Shown here: positions 41,558-49,567 of the stretch, piece by piece
Position numbering within the stretch: position 1 is the first letter of the stretch
Layout of the letters: every line of letters begins with the position of its first letter
NCBI GenBank assembly: GCA_039589115.1
Contig: JBDHHZ010000011.1
Coordinates: forward strand, 1-49,567
DNA: 49,567 nucleotides
Reading direction: 5' to 3'
Source: Gemmatimonadota bacterium
GTDB taxonomy: Bacteria > Gemmatimonadota > Gemmatimonadetes > Palauibacterales > KS3-K002
Position numbers and translations under genes: made by a program
Notes under the pieces: model-generated
Databases searched by the model: none
What the model was told of the DNA's origin: nothing
Seen by the model: the letters and a program-made list of their open reading frames with translations, nothing else

Positions 41558-42010
41558 TCAGTGCCCGACGCTCAGAATCCCGCTCGCCGCAAGCGCCAGG
41601 ATCAAGACCTCCAGTAGGGCCATGGCCACGTAGGCCTTCTCCTTCTTCCTGATCAGCGTTGGGACGATTCCCAGGAAGCAGACTATGGTCACTCCGGAAA
41701 GCAGGGCGATTCCTAAGAAGTTAAGATAGTCTCCCTTTCCAAGCACTGACAGCCAGGACCATCCTGATACGGGGTGCTCCCGGTGCAAATGGTCATTGTT
41801 TGTTGCTTCCAGGTACTCCTGGACGCTCATCGTCCAGTAATCGGGCAGTTGTTCCACGGGTATGGCCGGCTGGACGATGCCGGAGGTGTAGAGGGCAAAG
41901 GTCACGAATAGAAGCGCCAGCCCAGTGTACATGCCGGCCTGGAGGATCTTGGCGTAGAGCAGCTGTTCCTCGTCTGCGCTCGGGCAGTCTGCTTCGCCAT
42001 TCATGTCCAT
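41558..42010 (-). CDS. Small membrane protein, DUF1634-like partner of the TauE/SafE permease
   Basis: 150 aa with about 3-4 hydrophobic helices, immediately downstream of the TSUP-type permease gene, the usual DUF81/DUF1634 pairing. Family assignment from memory. Confidence 0.5.
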   Translation of the reverse strand: MDMNGEADCPSADEEQLLYAKILQAGMYTGLALLFVTFALYTSGIVQPAIPVEQLPDYWTMSVQEYLEATNNDHLHREHPVSGWSWLSVLGKGDYLNFLGIALLSGVTIVCFLGIVPTLIRKKEKAYVAMALLEVLILALAASGILSVGH

Positions 42011-42025
42011 GTCTACCCTCGTTCC

Positions 42026-43087
42026 CTACACGATAAACGGGAGGCCCAGTCCCTTGGTAAGGGCCTTGGCCCCGGCGAATAGCAGCAGGCCGATCACGAT
42101 CCAGCGAACGAATCCCGGCCTCGCTATCCGCAGGATCCGTACACCGATGAACGAACCCAACATGATGCCAACCAGTGACGGCACGACCATCATCGGGATC
42201 ACGGCACCTCTGTTGATATAGATCCAGGCCGCCGATGTATCCGTGATGGATAGGAGGAACTTGCTGGTTGCGACGCTGACCTTGAGCGGCGCACCCATGA
42301 CCAGGTTCAGAACCGGAATGTTGGCCCAGCCCGCACCCAGTCCGAACATCCCCGCCATGACGCCAATCACGATGAACAGGAGCAGGCCGGGCACGGTCCG
42401 GTGCACCTTCCAGTTGATCGTCTGTCCCATGCTGGCCTCTGTGTACACACCGCAGATCCGCAGGGCCGAGGAAACGCGATCCGCCTCCTTGACCTCCGGG
42501 AACACGGACTTCTTCGCCGCGATCATCAGGGCTACGATCCCCAGGATGGTTGCCCCAAGCGCCGTCTGGATGATGTGCGTCGGTAGAGCGAGGCCGATCA
42601 TCGCACCCACGATCGCGCAGCTCGAGGCGATCAAGGCCACCGGCATCGCCAGGCGAAGGCTTGCCAGGTTCATCTTCAGGAAACCCGGCCCGGCGGCGAG
42701 GGCGCCGCTCAGAGCTACCAGAAGGCCGCAGCCACGAACGAAGTCAATGTGAAAGGGGAAGAAACCGCTGACGATCGGAACGTAGAGAACCCCTCCGCCC
42801 ACACCGCCCAGGGCCGCGAGAATCCCCATGACGAACGTGAGTACGAACAGGATGAGCGGCCACACCCACCAGGCCGTCGTGCTGCTGGCAATCGCAGCCG
42901 TCGTCAGCTCGCTCGCTTGGATGACTGTTGGGTGGAACAGCAGGATGAGGCCGAGCAGCGCGATGATACGGCCGAGCGAAGCAAGAGCGCGCACTCTCCC
43001 GGGGCAGCGGTCCGATCCGACGACCCATAGCGATCCTGGGATGCCCAACCCTCTTACTCCTCGCTCCTCTTCCCTCGATACGAGCAC
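42026..43087 (-). CDS. TauE/SafE (TSUP, DUF81) family anion exporter-like permease
   Basis: Polytopic membrane protein with repeated glycine-rich helices (LGGVGGGVLYVPI, GLGAGWANIPVL). The ORF starts with a GTG abutting the upstream stop; the true start is uncertain. Confidence 0.7.
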   Translation of the reverse strand: MLVSREEERGVRGLGIPGSLWVVGSDRCPGRVRALASLGRIIALLGLILLFHPTVIQASELTTAAIASSTTAWWVWPLILFVLTFVMGILAALGGVGGGVLYVPIVSGFFPFHIDFVRGCGLLVALSGALAAGPGFLKMNLASLRLAMPVALIASSCAIVGAMIGLALPTHIIQTALGATILGIVALMIAAKKSVFPEVKEADRVSSALRICGVYTEASMGQTINWKVHRTVPGLLLFIVIGVMAGMFGLGAGWANIPVLNLVMGAPLKVSVATSKFLLSITDTSAAWIYINRGAVIPMMVVPSLVGIMLGSFIGVRILRIARPGFVRWIVIGLLLFAGAKALTKGLGLPFIV

Positions 43088-43906
43088 CTAGGGATACGGG
43101 TCAAACCACTCAACCTTCAGGCGAACCTCCTCAACGCCCGGTACGGAGCGGGCGATCTCCGCGATCTGATCCCCCATCCGGCCGGACGACAGGGCGGGGG
43201 CACTGCCAGATACGTCTACTACTCCGCCTTTCCCCTCGATCTGGAGATCGAGAGAGCGGGTCTCGCGTGCGCTCGCCAGAGCGACCTTGACCCGACACGC
43301 CAAGCGGAAATCAATGAGCTTCGCCTTTACTTCGTCCGTGATGGCAAAGTCCGGCTGCTCTACCGTCGTTGCCACTATGTCGCACGCGGAGGGTATCGAC
43401 AGCGTCTGCAGGTTGATCACCATGTCGTACAACGCCGGGTCCTCGATATCTTCACCGTACACCATCTTGACCCAGCGTGCCCGCACTGCGTCCACATGCC
43501 GTATGTACTGCTCCGCCGACGTCGGGTCCAACTCTTCACTTTCCACCAGCATACGCACTCGCACGCCCATCGGGGCAATCAGGCGCACCCGCAGGACACC
43601 AGGAAGTCCCGCCAGGAGTATTTGGCCCGCACGCCCGTGGTAGACTAACTCTCCACCGACGACGTGCTCCGCCAGGGCTGCCTGTAATGTCGCGATGAAC
43701 ATCCGGCGTGCCGACGCATGCCGATCCCACAATCTCGGTGTGCGCTCGAACTCTTGACTCAGATCCTCCTCCGATACATCCAGCTCGGCAGCCGCTTCCC
43801 GAATGACTTCCCGCGCAACGAGGGGATACTGAAGCCGCTCGGCAAGGCATTCCGCCAACGCCTGCCCGCCGCTCTTCGTGCCTCGACAAACGCTGATGAT
43901 TGCCAC
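43088..43906 (-). CDS. Cytidylate-kinase-like family protein with C-terminal BON-like domain
   Basis: MAIISVCRGTKSGGQALAECLAERLQYPLV resembles the AAA/cytidylate_kin2-type N-terminus. The C-terminal GVVDVSGSAP..IARSVPGVEEVRLKV is BON-like. Confidence 0.6.
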   Translation of the reverse strand: MAIISVCRGTKSGGQALAECLAERLQYPLVAREVIREAAAELDVSEEDLSQEFERTPRLWDRHASARRMFIATLQAALAEHVVGGELVYHGRAGQILLAGLPGVLRVRLIAPMGVRVRMLVESEELDPTSAEQYIRHVDAVRARWVKMVYGEDIEDPALYDMVINLQTLSIPSACDIVATTVEQPDFAITDEVKAKLIDFRLACRVKVALASARETRSLDLQIEGKGGVVDVSGSAPALSSGRMGDQIAEIARSVPGVEEVRLKVEWFDPYP

Positions 43907-43909
43907 GCC

Positions 43910-44557
43910 TCAGTCTTCTCCTAGCTGCTGGAGCTGCTCACGGCACGCGGTCGCAAAGGCTTCAAGCTTTCTCTTCACGTCGGCCGTTACCTCGAACTGC
44001 GGCTGTGCCGCTGCTTGTCCAATGATCCTGCACGCCGTCTCGAGGGAGATGGACCGCAGGTTGACCGTCACATCGTACAACGACGGATCCTCGACGTCGG
44101 CCCCGTACATAAGCTTGACCCAGCGCCGGCGGTCTTCGTCCACGTTGTGGATGTACTCCTCGGCCGCCTTTCGGCTCATGCGGTGTTGCGGCTCCATCAA
44201 TGCCTGGGCTCGCATGTCCAGTGGAGCGATGAGCCGCGCAGATAGCACGCCGGGAACGTCTCGCAGGAGGAATTGCCCGGCCAGGCCGTGGTAGACCAGA
44301 CTACCGGTCACACAGTGCTCGGCCAGGGCGGCCTTCACCGCGAGCAGGTATGTCTTGCGCTCCTGCGTCAGTCGAGCCCACCGAGACGGAGGAGACTCTA
44401 GCTTGCCGCTCAGATCCTCCACCGCCACCCCCAGCTTCCTGGCGGCCTCTTGGAGGATCTCGCGCCCGACGCAGGGGTACCCGAGCATACTTGCCAGGCA
44501 ATCAGCCGTGACCCGGCCTCCGCTCAGAGTTCCACGCGAAATCGTGATAATCGGCAC
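43910..44557 (-). CDS. Cytidylate-kinase-like family protein (paralogue of 43088..43906)
   Basis: MPIITISRGTLSGGRVTADCLASMLGYPCV, and colinear similarity to the downstream paralogue (LVYHG.AGQ.LL..VPGVL..RLIAP). Confidence 0.6.
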   Translation of the reverse strand: MPIITISRGTLSGGRVTADCLASMLGYPCVGREILQEAARKLGVAVEDLSGKLESPPSRWARLTQERKTYLLAVKAALAEHCVTGSLVYHGLAGQFLLRDVPGVLSARLIAPLDMRAQALMEPQHRMSRKAAEEYIHNVDEDRRRWVKLMYGADVEDPSLYDVTVNLRSISLETACRIIGQAAAQPQFEVTADVKRKLEAFATACREQLQQLGED

Positions 44558-44717
44558 AGTTGATTCCTTTCGGCTGCTGCTGCCAGTGTAGCTCTGCAGC
44601 GTGCCGTGTCAAGCTGCGCGGAGTTGTGGTCTACGCGATTAGTGGAGAAAGGCCCTTCAATATTGTATCTTGCGGTGGCCGCACGTCTCGTGAGAGCCCA
44701 CACGTGGACCATGAGTC

Positions 44718-45368
44718 ATGAGCACGACTGAAAACCGAGAAGCAGCATTCATAGGCAAGATCACCGCCAGCGCCACGCATGAACTCCGCAACGTTCTGGC
44801 AATCGTCAAGGAATCTGCGGGTCTGATCGAAGACATAGTCAGTGCATCCGATCAGCTTGGGTCATCAAGCCCGGACAGATTGATGCGGACGGTCGGTCGA
44901 ATCAAAGCTCAGGTCAAGCGCGGAGCGGAACTGCTCACGAGCCTCAATCGATTCGCCCATAGCCTGGATCATGCCGAGGAAGAGATCGACCTCAATGAGG
45001 CGGTTCAGCATGTTTCGTTTCTGTGCCGGCGGATTGCCAGACAGGGGAAGCACGTCGTACAGGCACAGCCCGTGAACGATGACCTGACGGTGTTGGCCAA
45101 CTCGCTGCGGCTACAGATGGCTCTATATGAGGCCGTCGAGTGCTGTTTGGAGCAGCTGCCAGATGGTGGCACGTTGAACCTCCATCCGGTTCGGCATGGA
45201 GATCGACCGTCGTTCGAGTTCAACGGCGCGGTAGGCGGTGAGGCGGTTTCGCTCGCCCCAACCGAGGCCGCGGCCTGGAGCCGGCTAGCGGCGGTTCTCG
45301 ATGACCTGGGTGCTTCGGTTGAGAAAGTCGAAGCAGCGCAGGGTTTTCGGCTCGTCCTCTCGGGGTGA
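44718..45368 (+). CDS. Soluble histidine-kinase-like protein with H-box but degenerate ATPase domain
   Basis: ITASATHELRNVLAIV is a HisKA-type H-box. The C-terminal half lacks recognisable N/G1/G2 boxes. First gene of the plus-strand signalling cluster. Confidence 0.5.
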   Translation: MSTTENREAAFIGKITASATHELRNVLAIVKESAGLIEDIVSASDQLGSSSPDRLMRTVGRIKAQVKRGAELLTSLNRFAHSLDHAEEEIDLNEAVQHVSFLCRRIARQGKHVVQAQPVNDDLTVLANSLRLQMALYEAVECCLEQLPDGGTLNLHPVRHGDRPSFEFNGAVGGEAVSLAPTEAAAWSRLAAVLDDLGASVEKVEAAQGFRLVLSG

Positions 45369-45392
45369 CGTAAGCTAGGTGGTAGGGAGGCT

Positions 45393-46319
45393 GTGATGAG
45401 TAAGATCAAGGTGCTACTCGTCGATGACGAAGAAGCCTATGTGAAAACGTTGGCTGAGCGTATGGAAATGCGCGACGTCGGCAGTCGAGTGGCCTTGAGC
45501 GGCGAGCAGGCGCTGCAGATGCTGGAGGACGAGCCACCCGACGTGATGGTTCTCGACCTCCGCATGCCGGGCATCGACGGGATGGAGGTGTTGGAGCGGG
45601 TCAAGCAGAAGCATCCCCACATAGAAGTAATCATCCTCACCGGGCACGGCTCGGATAGAGAGGAGAAAGAGGCCCGCAGGCTGGGAGCATTCGAGTACCT
45701 GCAGAAGCCGGCGGATACGAAACACCTCTTGAAGACGGTCAGGGCCGCTTGGAAAAAGAGCTTGCAGGCCGCCGCCGAATTTATCAAGGACTCGCAGGAA
45801 GAATTTGACAGGAGCATGACCGCGGCAGCCTTCGCCGAGGCGGGCGCGCCCGAGATGGCCAGGGAAACGATGCAGGAGTCCTCTACCCGACAGGCCGACG
45901 AAGCTCACGAGCCCACCGCCGGCGCGACCGACACCTCCGCTCAGGCGCTCAAGGTTCTTTTCGTCGATGACGAAGAGGACTTCGTGCGCACCATGGCAGA
46001 GAGAATGGAGATGCGCGAGGTCGGCAGCGAGGTGGCTTTGGACGGGCAGCAAGCGCTGCAGATGCTCGAGGACGAGGTTCCAGACGTCATGGTTCTCGAC
46101 CTCCGTATGCCGGGCATCGACGGGTTGGAGGTATTGCGGCGCGTCAAGAAGATGTATCCCCAGATGGAAGTGATCATCATGACCGGCCACGGGTCGGAGG
46201 TGGACGAAGCAGAGGCCCGCCGGTTGGGAGCGTTCGACTACCTGCGGAAGCCGGTCGACATCAATGACCTCATGGAGGCTGTTAGGAACGCTGGTCGTGC
46301 GGGCCGGGAAGTGGAGTAG
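45393..46319 (+). CDS. Tandem receiver (REC-REC) response regulator without output domain
   Basis: Two complete REC domains (VLLVDDEE..VMVLDLRMPGIDG..IILTGHG..LQKP and VLFVDDEE..VMVLDLRMPGIDG..IIMTGHG..LRKP) joined by a ~65-aa linker. Confidence 0.85.
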   Translation: MMSKIKVLLVDDEEAYVKTLAERMEMRDVGSRVALSGEQALQMLEDEPPDVMVLDLRMPGIDGMEVLERVKQKHPHIEVIILTGHGSDREEKEARRLGAFEYLQKPADTKHLLKTVRAAWKKSLQAAAEFIKDSQEEFDRSMTAAAFAEAGAPEMARETMQESSTRQADEAHEPTAGATDTSAQALKVLFVDDEEDFVRTMAERMEMREVGSEVALDGQQALQMLEDEVPDVMVLDLRMPGIDGLEVLRRVKKMYPQMEVIIMTGHGSEVDEAEARRLGAFDYLRKPVDINDLMEAVRNAGRAGREVE

Positions 46320-46359
46320 GGAGTGGGAATAGCGGGATTCTGCTGAGTCAATATCGGTC

Positions 46360-48120
46360 ATGGCGGACGAAGTGAGGCAGAGAAGCTTAGTGGAGGAAGA
46401 TCAGGACCAGCTGATCTCGAGGCGGCGCTATCGGAAGATGATTCTCGTGGCGGTGCTTTCGGTTTCAGCCGTTGCCGTGGTTCCGCTCCTCATTATGTCG
46501 GGTATCACCTACCACCAGTATCAAGAGGCATTCCGTACAGAACTGACTCGTCCCATGCTGCGATTCGCCGCGGCCGGGAAGCAGTCGATCGAGGCATACC
46601 TCTCTGAGCGGCTATCGGCTCTCGCCATGATGGCGCGGGAGAGATCGTTCAGGGAGCTTCGCGACACGGGGAGGCTGGGCTCGGCGCTCGCCAGCTTGAA
46701 TCAGACCTTTGGCGGAGTGATCGACCTCGGCCTGATCGACGAGGAGGGCACACAGGTTGCCTATACCGGACCGAGGGAACCGGGTGCCGTCAGCTACGCG
46801 AACGAGCCGTGGTTCCGAGAGGTCAGCACCCGCGGCGCGTATGTGAGCGACGTGTTCCTGGGGTACCGAGGCCTCCCCCACATCATTGTCGCGATCCAGC
46901 AAAATGACCCGGAGGGAAATCGGTACGTCTTACGTGCCACGATCGATACTGACGCATTCCACTGGTTAGTGCGCGCTCGCACAGCTCGCCGTCCGGAGCT
47001 GGATCCGGTTTGTAGTAGATGCCATTCGCTGGGGGTCCAGCCATTCAGCGACGCATTCATCGTCAACCGCGAGGGTGTCCTGCAAAGCTCCTCGCGGCTG
47101 TACGGTGACGTGCTGGAGCGCACCCCCTTGCCGGCACTCCCGCGCAGCAGTCAGGCGGAGCTTGTCGATTTAGTGGACGAGCAGGGAGAGCCGTTGATCG
47201 TCAGCTACGCGCAGATCGATCGATCGCCATTCACGCTGGTGGTGTTGAGTCCTCGAGTCGCGCTGCACGCGGGCTGGCTGCCGCTGCGCCGCGACCTGCT
47301 GGTATTCCCAGCGATCAGTGTCGCGCTGATCCTGGCAGTGGTCGTCTGGGGCTCGATCTACGCGGTGAGCCGCGTTCGCGAGGCAGACGCAAAGCGGGCG
47401 GCGCTCTACCACAAGATAGAGTACACCAACAAGATGGCCGCTATCGGGCGTCTGGGTGCCGGTGTGGCTCACGAGATCAACAACCCGCTCTCGATCATCA
47501 CCCAGAACGCGGGGCTGCTCAAGGATCTGATCACGCTGCCCGAGGAGTTACCCTCGAGGGAGAAGCTGACCCCACTCGTGAATACGGTTCTTAACGCGGC
47601 TGAGCGCTGTGGTGGGATCACGCACCGTCTCCTGGGTTTCGCCAGGCACATGGAAGTGCAATGGGAAACCATCGATCTCGGTGTGCTGCTCAGAGAGGTC
47701 CTGGAGTTTCTTGGAAAGGAAGCCAGCTACCGAGACATTCACATCGAATTCAAGTATCCCGATGCACCGCCTCCCGTCGTCAGCGACAGGGGGCAGTTGC
47801 AGCAGGTGTTCCTGAACATCATCAACAATGCCTTTGCCGCAGTCGAGGATGGTGGCCGGATCGAGTTAGGGATCGAACAAGTTGGGGACGACGCGGTGGC
47901 GGTCACTATCGCGGATGATGGCGTGGGCATCCCTGAGGAGCACCTGGGGCACATCTTCGATCCGTTCTTCACGACCAAGAAGGGTGCGGGGACGGGCCTC
48001 GGTCTCTCCATTACGTACGGAATCGTGCAGAAACTGGGTGGGCAAATCAGCGTGGAGAGCAAGGTGGGTGAAGGCACCCGTTTCACAGTCACACTGCCGT
48101 TACGTCGCGCGCACGCCTAG
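46360..48120 (+). CDS. Membrane sensor histidine kinase with extracytoplasmic Cache-like domain containing a CXXCH motif
   Basis: TM1 (ILVAVLSVSAVAVVPLLIMSGI), a ~250-aa loop, TM2 (LLVFPAISVALILAVVVWGSIYAV). H-box GVAHEINNPL, N-box IINNAFAA, G-boxes DDGVGIP and GTGLGL. CSRCH is encoded at 47011-47025 within the loop. Confidence 0.85.
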   Translation: MADEVRQRSLVEEDQDQLISRRRYRKMILVAVLSVSAVAVVPLLIMSGITYHQYQEAFRTELTRPMLRFAAAGKQSIEAYLSERLSALAMMARERSFRELRDTGRLGSALASLNQTFGGVIDLGLIDEEGTQVAYTGPREPGAVSYANEPWFREVSTRGAYVSDVFLGYRGLPHIIVAIQQNDPEGNRYVLRATIDTDAFHWLVRARTARRPELDPVCSRCHSLGVQPFSDAFIVNREGVLQSSSRLYGDVLERTPLPALPRSSQAELVDLVDEQGEPLIVSYAQIDRSPFTLVVLSPRVALHAGWLPLRRDLLVFPAISVALILAVVVWGSIYAVSRVREADAKRAALYHKIEYTNKMAAIGRLGAGVAHEINNPLSIITQNAGLLKDLITLPEELPSREKLTPLVNTVLNAAERCGGITHRLLGFARHMEVQWETIDLGVLLREVLEFLGKEASYRDIHIEFKYPDAPPPVVSDRGQLQQVFLNIINNAFAAVEDGGRIELGIEQVGDDAVAVTIADDGVGIPEEHLGHIFDPFFTTKKGAGTGLGLSITYGIVQKLGGQISVESKVGEGTRFTVTLPLRRAHA

Positions 48121-48129
48121 GAGCGGCAT

Positions 48130-48510
48130 ATGGACCCCTTACGTGTTCTGATCGTGGACGATGAAGCAGAGCTGGTCAGCGCCCTAGAGGAGCGTCTGAA
48201 CCTACGGGGGTTCCAGGCCAGTGGTGTGACCACCGGCGCCGAGGCGCTCTCGTTAGTTGCGGAGATGCCGTTCGACGTGGTGCTGCTGGACTTGAAGATG
48301 CCGGGGCTCGGCGGGCTGGAGGTCATCAGGAGGATCAAAGCGGAGCAGCCGGACTTGCAGGTGATCCTGCTGACGGGTTGGGGCTCTGAGGAGGACGCCG
48401 AGAAGGGGAAGCAACTCGGAGCCTACGACTACCTCATGAAGCCTGTGAAGATCAGCGATTTAGTACGGGTCCTGCTCTCCGCTTGCGCCCGGGAGGAGGA
48501 GGAAGAATGA
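48130..48510 (+). CDS. Stand-alone response-regulator receiver protein
   Basis: VLIVDDEAE, VVLLDLKMPGLGG, ILLTGWG, LMKPV. Confidence 0.85.
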   Translation: MDPLRVLIVDDEAELVSALEERLNLRGFQASGVTTGAEALSLVAEMPFDVVLLDLKMPGLGGLEVIRRIKAEQPDLQVILLTGWGSEEDAEKGKQLGAYDYLMKPVKISDLVRVLLSACAREEEEE

Positions 48511-48938
48511 GCGAGAGCACTGTCCTGCTCGTCGATGACGAGGAGGAGTTCGTCGATGTCCTGGCCGAACGGCTGGAAGCGCGCGGTCTCACGGTGGACA
48601 CGGCGGCGAACGGCGAGCTGGCGCTGGAGAAAGCTGGGAAGCGGCCGTTCGATGCCATCGTGCTGGATATGGCCATGCCGGGGATGGACGGCATCCAGAC
48701 TCTGAAAGGGCTTCTCAAGATCAACCCGGACCTCCAGGTCATTTTGCTGACCGGCCGCGCGACTCTGGGCCAGGCAGTGGAGGCGATGAAGCTGGGGGCG
48801 CTGGATTTTCTGGAGAAACCGGTGGACATCGAAACGCTGGTGGCGAAAATCGAGGAGGCGGCAACTAAGAGGTCGTCACTCAAAGACAAGCGCATCGAGG
48901 ACAAGTTGTCGGACATCATGCGAAAGAAGGGCTGGTAA
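48507..48938 (+). CDS. Stand-alone response-regulator receiver protein
   Basis: ORF 48483..48938 trimmed to ATG 48507 (ATGA overlap with the previous stop). VLLVDDEEE, AIVLDMAMPGMDG, ILLTGRA, LEKPV. Confidence 0.85.
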   Translation: MSESTVLLVDDEEEFVDVLAERLEARGLTVDTAANGELALEKAGKRPFDAIVLDMAMPGMDGIQTLKGLLKINPDLQVILLTGRATLGQAVEAMKLGALDFLEKPVDIETLVAKIEEAATKRSSLKDKRIEDKLSDIMRKKGW

Positions 48939-48952
48939 AGAACGTGGAAGGC

Positions 48953-49471
48953 ATGAGGCGCGTCAAAGAAGTCATGATTCCCGTGGAGCAGTACCCCTCG
49001 GTACGAGACAACGCCACCCTGCGAGAAGCGGTCGCGAAGATCGAGGAGGCACAGCTGGAGGTCGAACGGCGCAAGTCTCTGCCTCGCGTACTCCTGGTGT
49101 TCGATGAGATCAACGTGCTGGTCGGGACCGTTCGGCGCAGGGACATCATGCGGGGGTTGGAGCCAAAGTACTTGCTGAGCAAGCCACTGGAGTACAAGAA
49201 GAAGCTGTTTGACGTAGACGTCGATCCCAATCTGGCGGAGCTCTCCTACGATCGGGTCGTACGAGGGATCAGGGAGCAGGCGAATAGGCGAGTCAGCGAC
49301 GTGATGCTTCCGATCGCAGCGATCCTCGACGCCGAGGATCACGTCATGAAGGCGGTCCAGGCGATGGTCGCTCTAGATGTGAACCTGATTCCTGTGCTTC
49401 AGGAGGGGAGGCTCGTGGGGGTCGTGCGGTCGGTCGACGTGTTTCACGACCTGGCCCAACTGGTGAGATAG
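48953..49471 (+). CDS. CBS-domain pair protein
   Basis: VKEVMIPVEQYPSV..ATLREAV and VSDVMLPIAAIL..DHVMKAVQAM..NLIPVLQEGRLVGVVRSVDV are two CBS-like repeats. ATG at 48953; a GTG at 48944 is also possible. Confidence 0.7.
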   Translation: MRRVKEVMIPVEQYPSVRDNATLREAVAKIEEAQLEVERRKSLPRVLLVFDEINVLVGTVRRRDIMRGLEPKYLLSKPLEYKKKLFDVDVDPNLAELSYDRVVRGIREQANRRVSDVMLPIAAILDAEDHVMKAVQAMVALDVNLIPVLQEGRLVGVVRSVDVFHDLAQLVR

Positions 49472-49473
49472 TC

Positions 49474-49495
49474 GTGGCCTCCTCTGGGAGGCCGC
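49474..49495 (+). terminator. Weak hairpin after the CBS gene
   Basis: GTGGCCTCC-tctg-GGAGGCCGC (7-9 bp stem) directly after the stop codon. No T-tract follows, so the call is low confidence. Confidence 0.25.
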
Positions 49496-49567
49496 TCGCG
49501 AGGTCGTCGCTACCATGACCGATGAGGCGTTGTCCGAGAGAGTGACAGCCATGGCCGGCACCGGTCC

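Noticed and set aside
45414-46361. 315-aa minus-strand ORF
   Set aside because: Antisense to the REC-REC gene, which has two complete receiver motif sets. No recognisable motifs of its own.
48452-49342. 296-aa minus-strand ORF
   Set aside because: Antisense to two receiver genes and the CBS gene. Ser/Arg-rich low-complexity product.
1-49567. Mobile elements, tRNA/rRNA genes, prophage or defence-system genes; dsrEFH
   Set aside because: No transposase, integrase, recombinase, cas, restriction or toxin-like ORFs, and no tRNA-like structures, were recognised in any frame. No DsrE/F/H-like small ORFs are present in the window.

Overview
GC-rich bacterial window dominated by dissimilatory sulfur metabolism; I saw no rRNA, tRNA, CRISPR array or transposase. 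All calls come from reading the translated ORFs, motifs and the DNA by eye. No database search or computation was possible.

Core cluster: the minus strand from 38433 down to 16286 carries 21 co-directional, tightly spaced genes forming a complete sulfate-reduction set. The order is aprBA, two small Cys-rich ORFs, qmoABC, sat, an OsmC-like gene, dsrC, a dsrT-like gene, dsrMKJOP, dsrABD, dsrL and dsrN. dsrO is broken by a 1-nt frameshift in a G4 run.

Flanks: siroheme-branch tetrapyrrole genes sit on both sides. On the left are cbiX and cobA-hemD (114-2002). On the right are sirC and an unusual ferrochelatase::glutamyl-tRNA-reductase-like fusion (38778-41536).

Left third (2030-16026): three extra DsrMK-like modules (NarI-type cytochrome b plus HdrD/CCG Fe-S protein), each next to a cysteine-rich HTH regulator. 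Two of them sit next to non-canonical DsrC/TusE-like proteins: a tandem two-domain DsrC lacking the terminal Cys, and a single-domain copy lacking CysB.

Most unusual module: its DsrK/HdrD-like subunit carries a C-terminal receiver domain. It is followed by a 4-Cys PAS-PAS histidine kinase and a stand-alone receiver, and a macro-domain gene sits between the DsrC-like and membrane genes.

Right end (41558-49471): a TauE/SafE plus DUF1634-like pair, two cytidylate-kinase-like paralogues, and a receiver-rich two-component cluster. That cluster includes a sensor kinase with a CXXCH motif in its extracytoplasmic domain.
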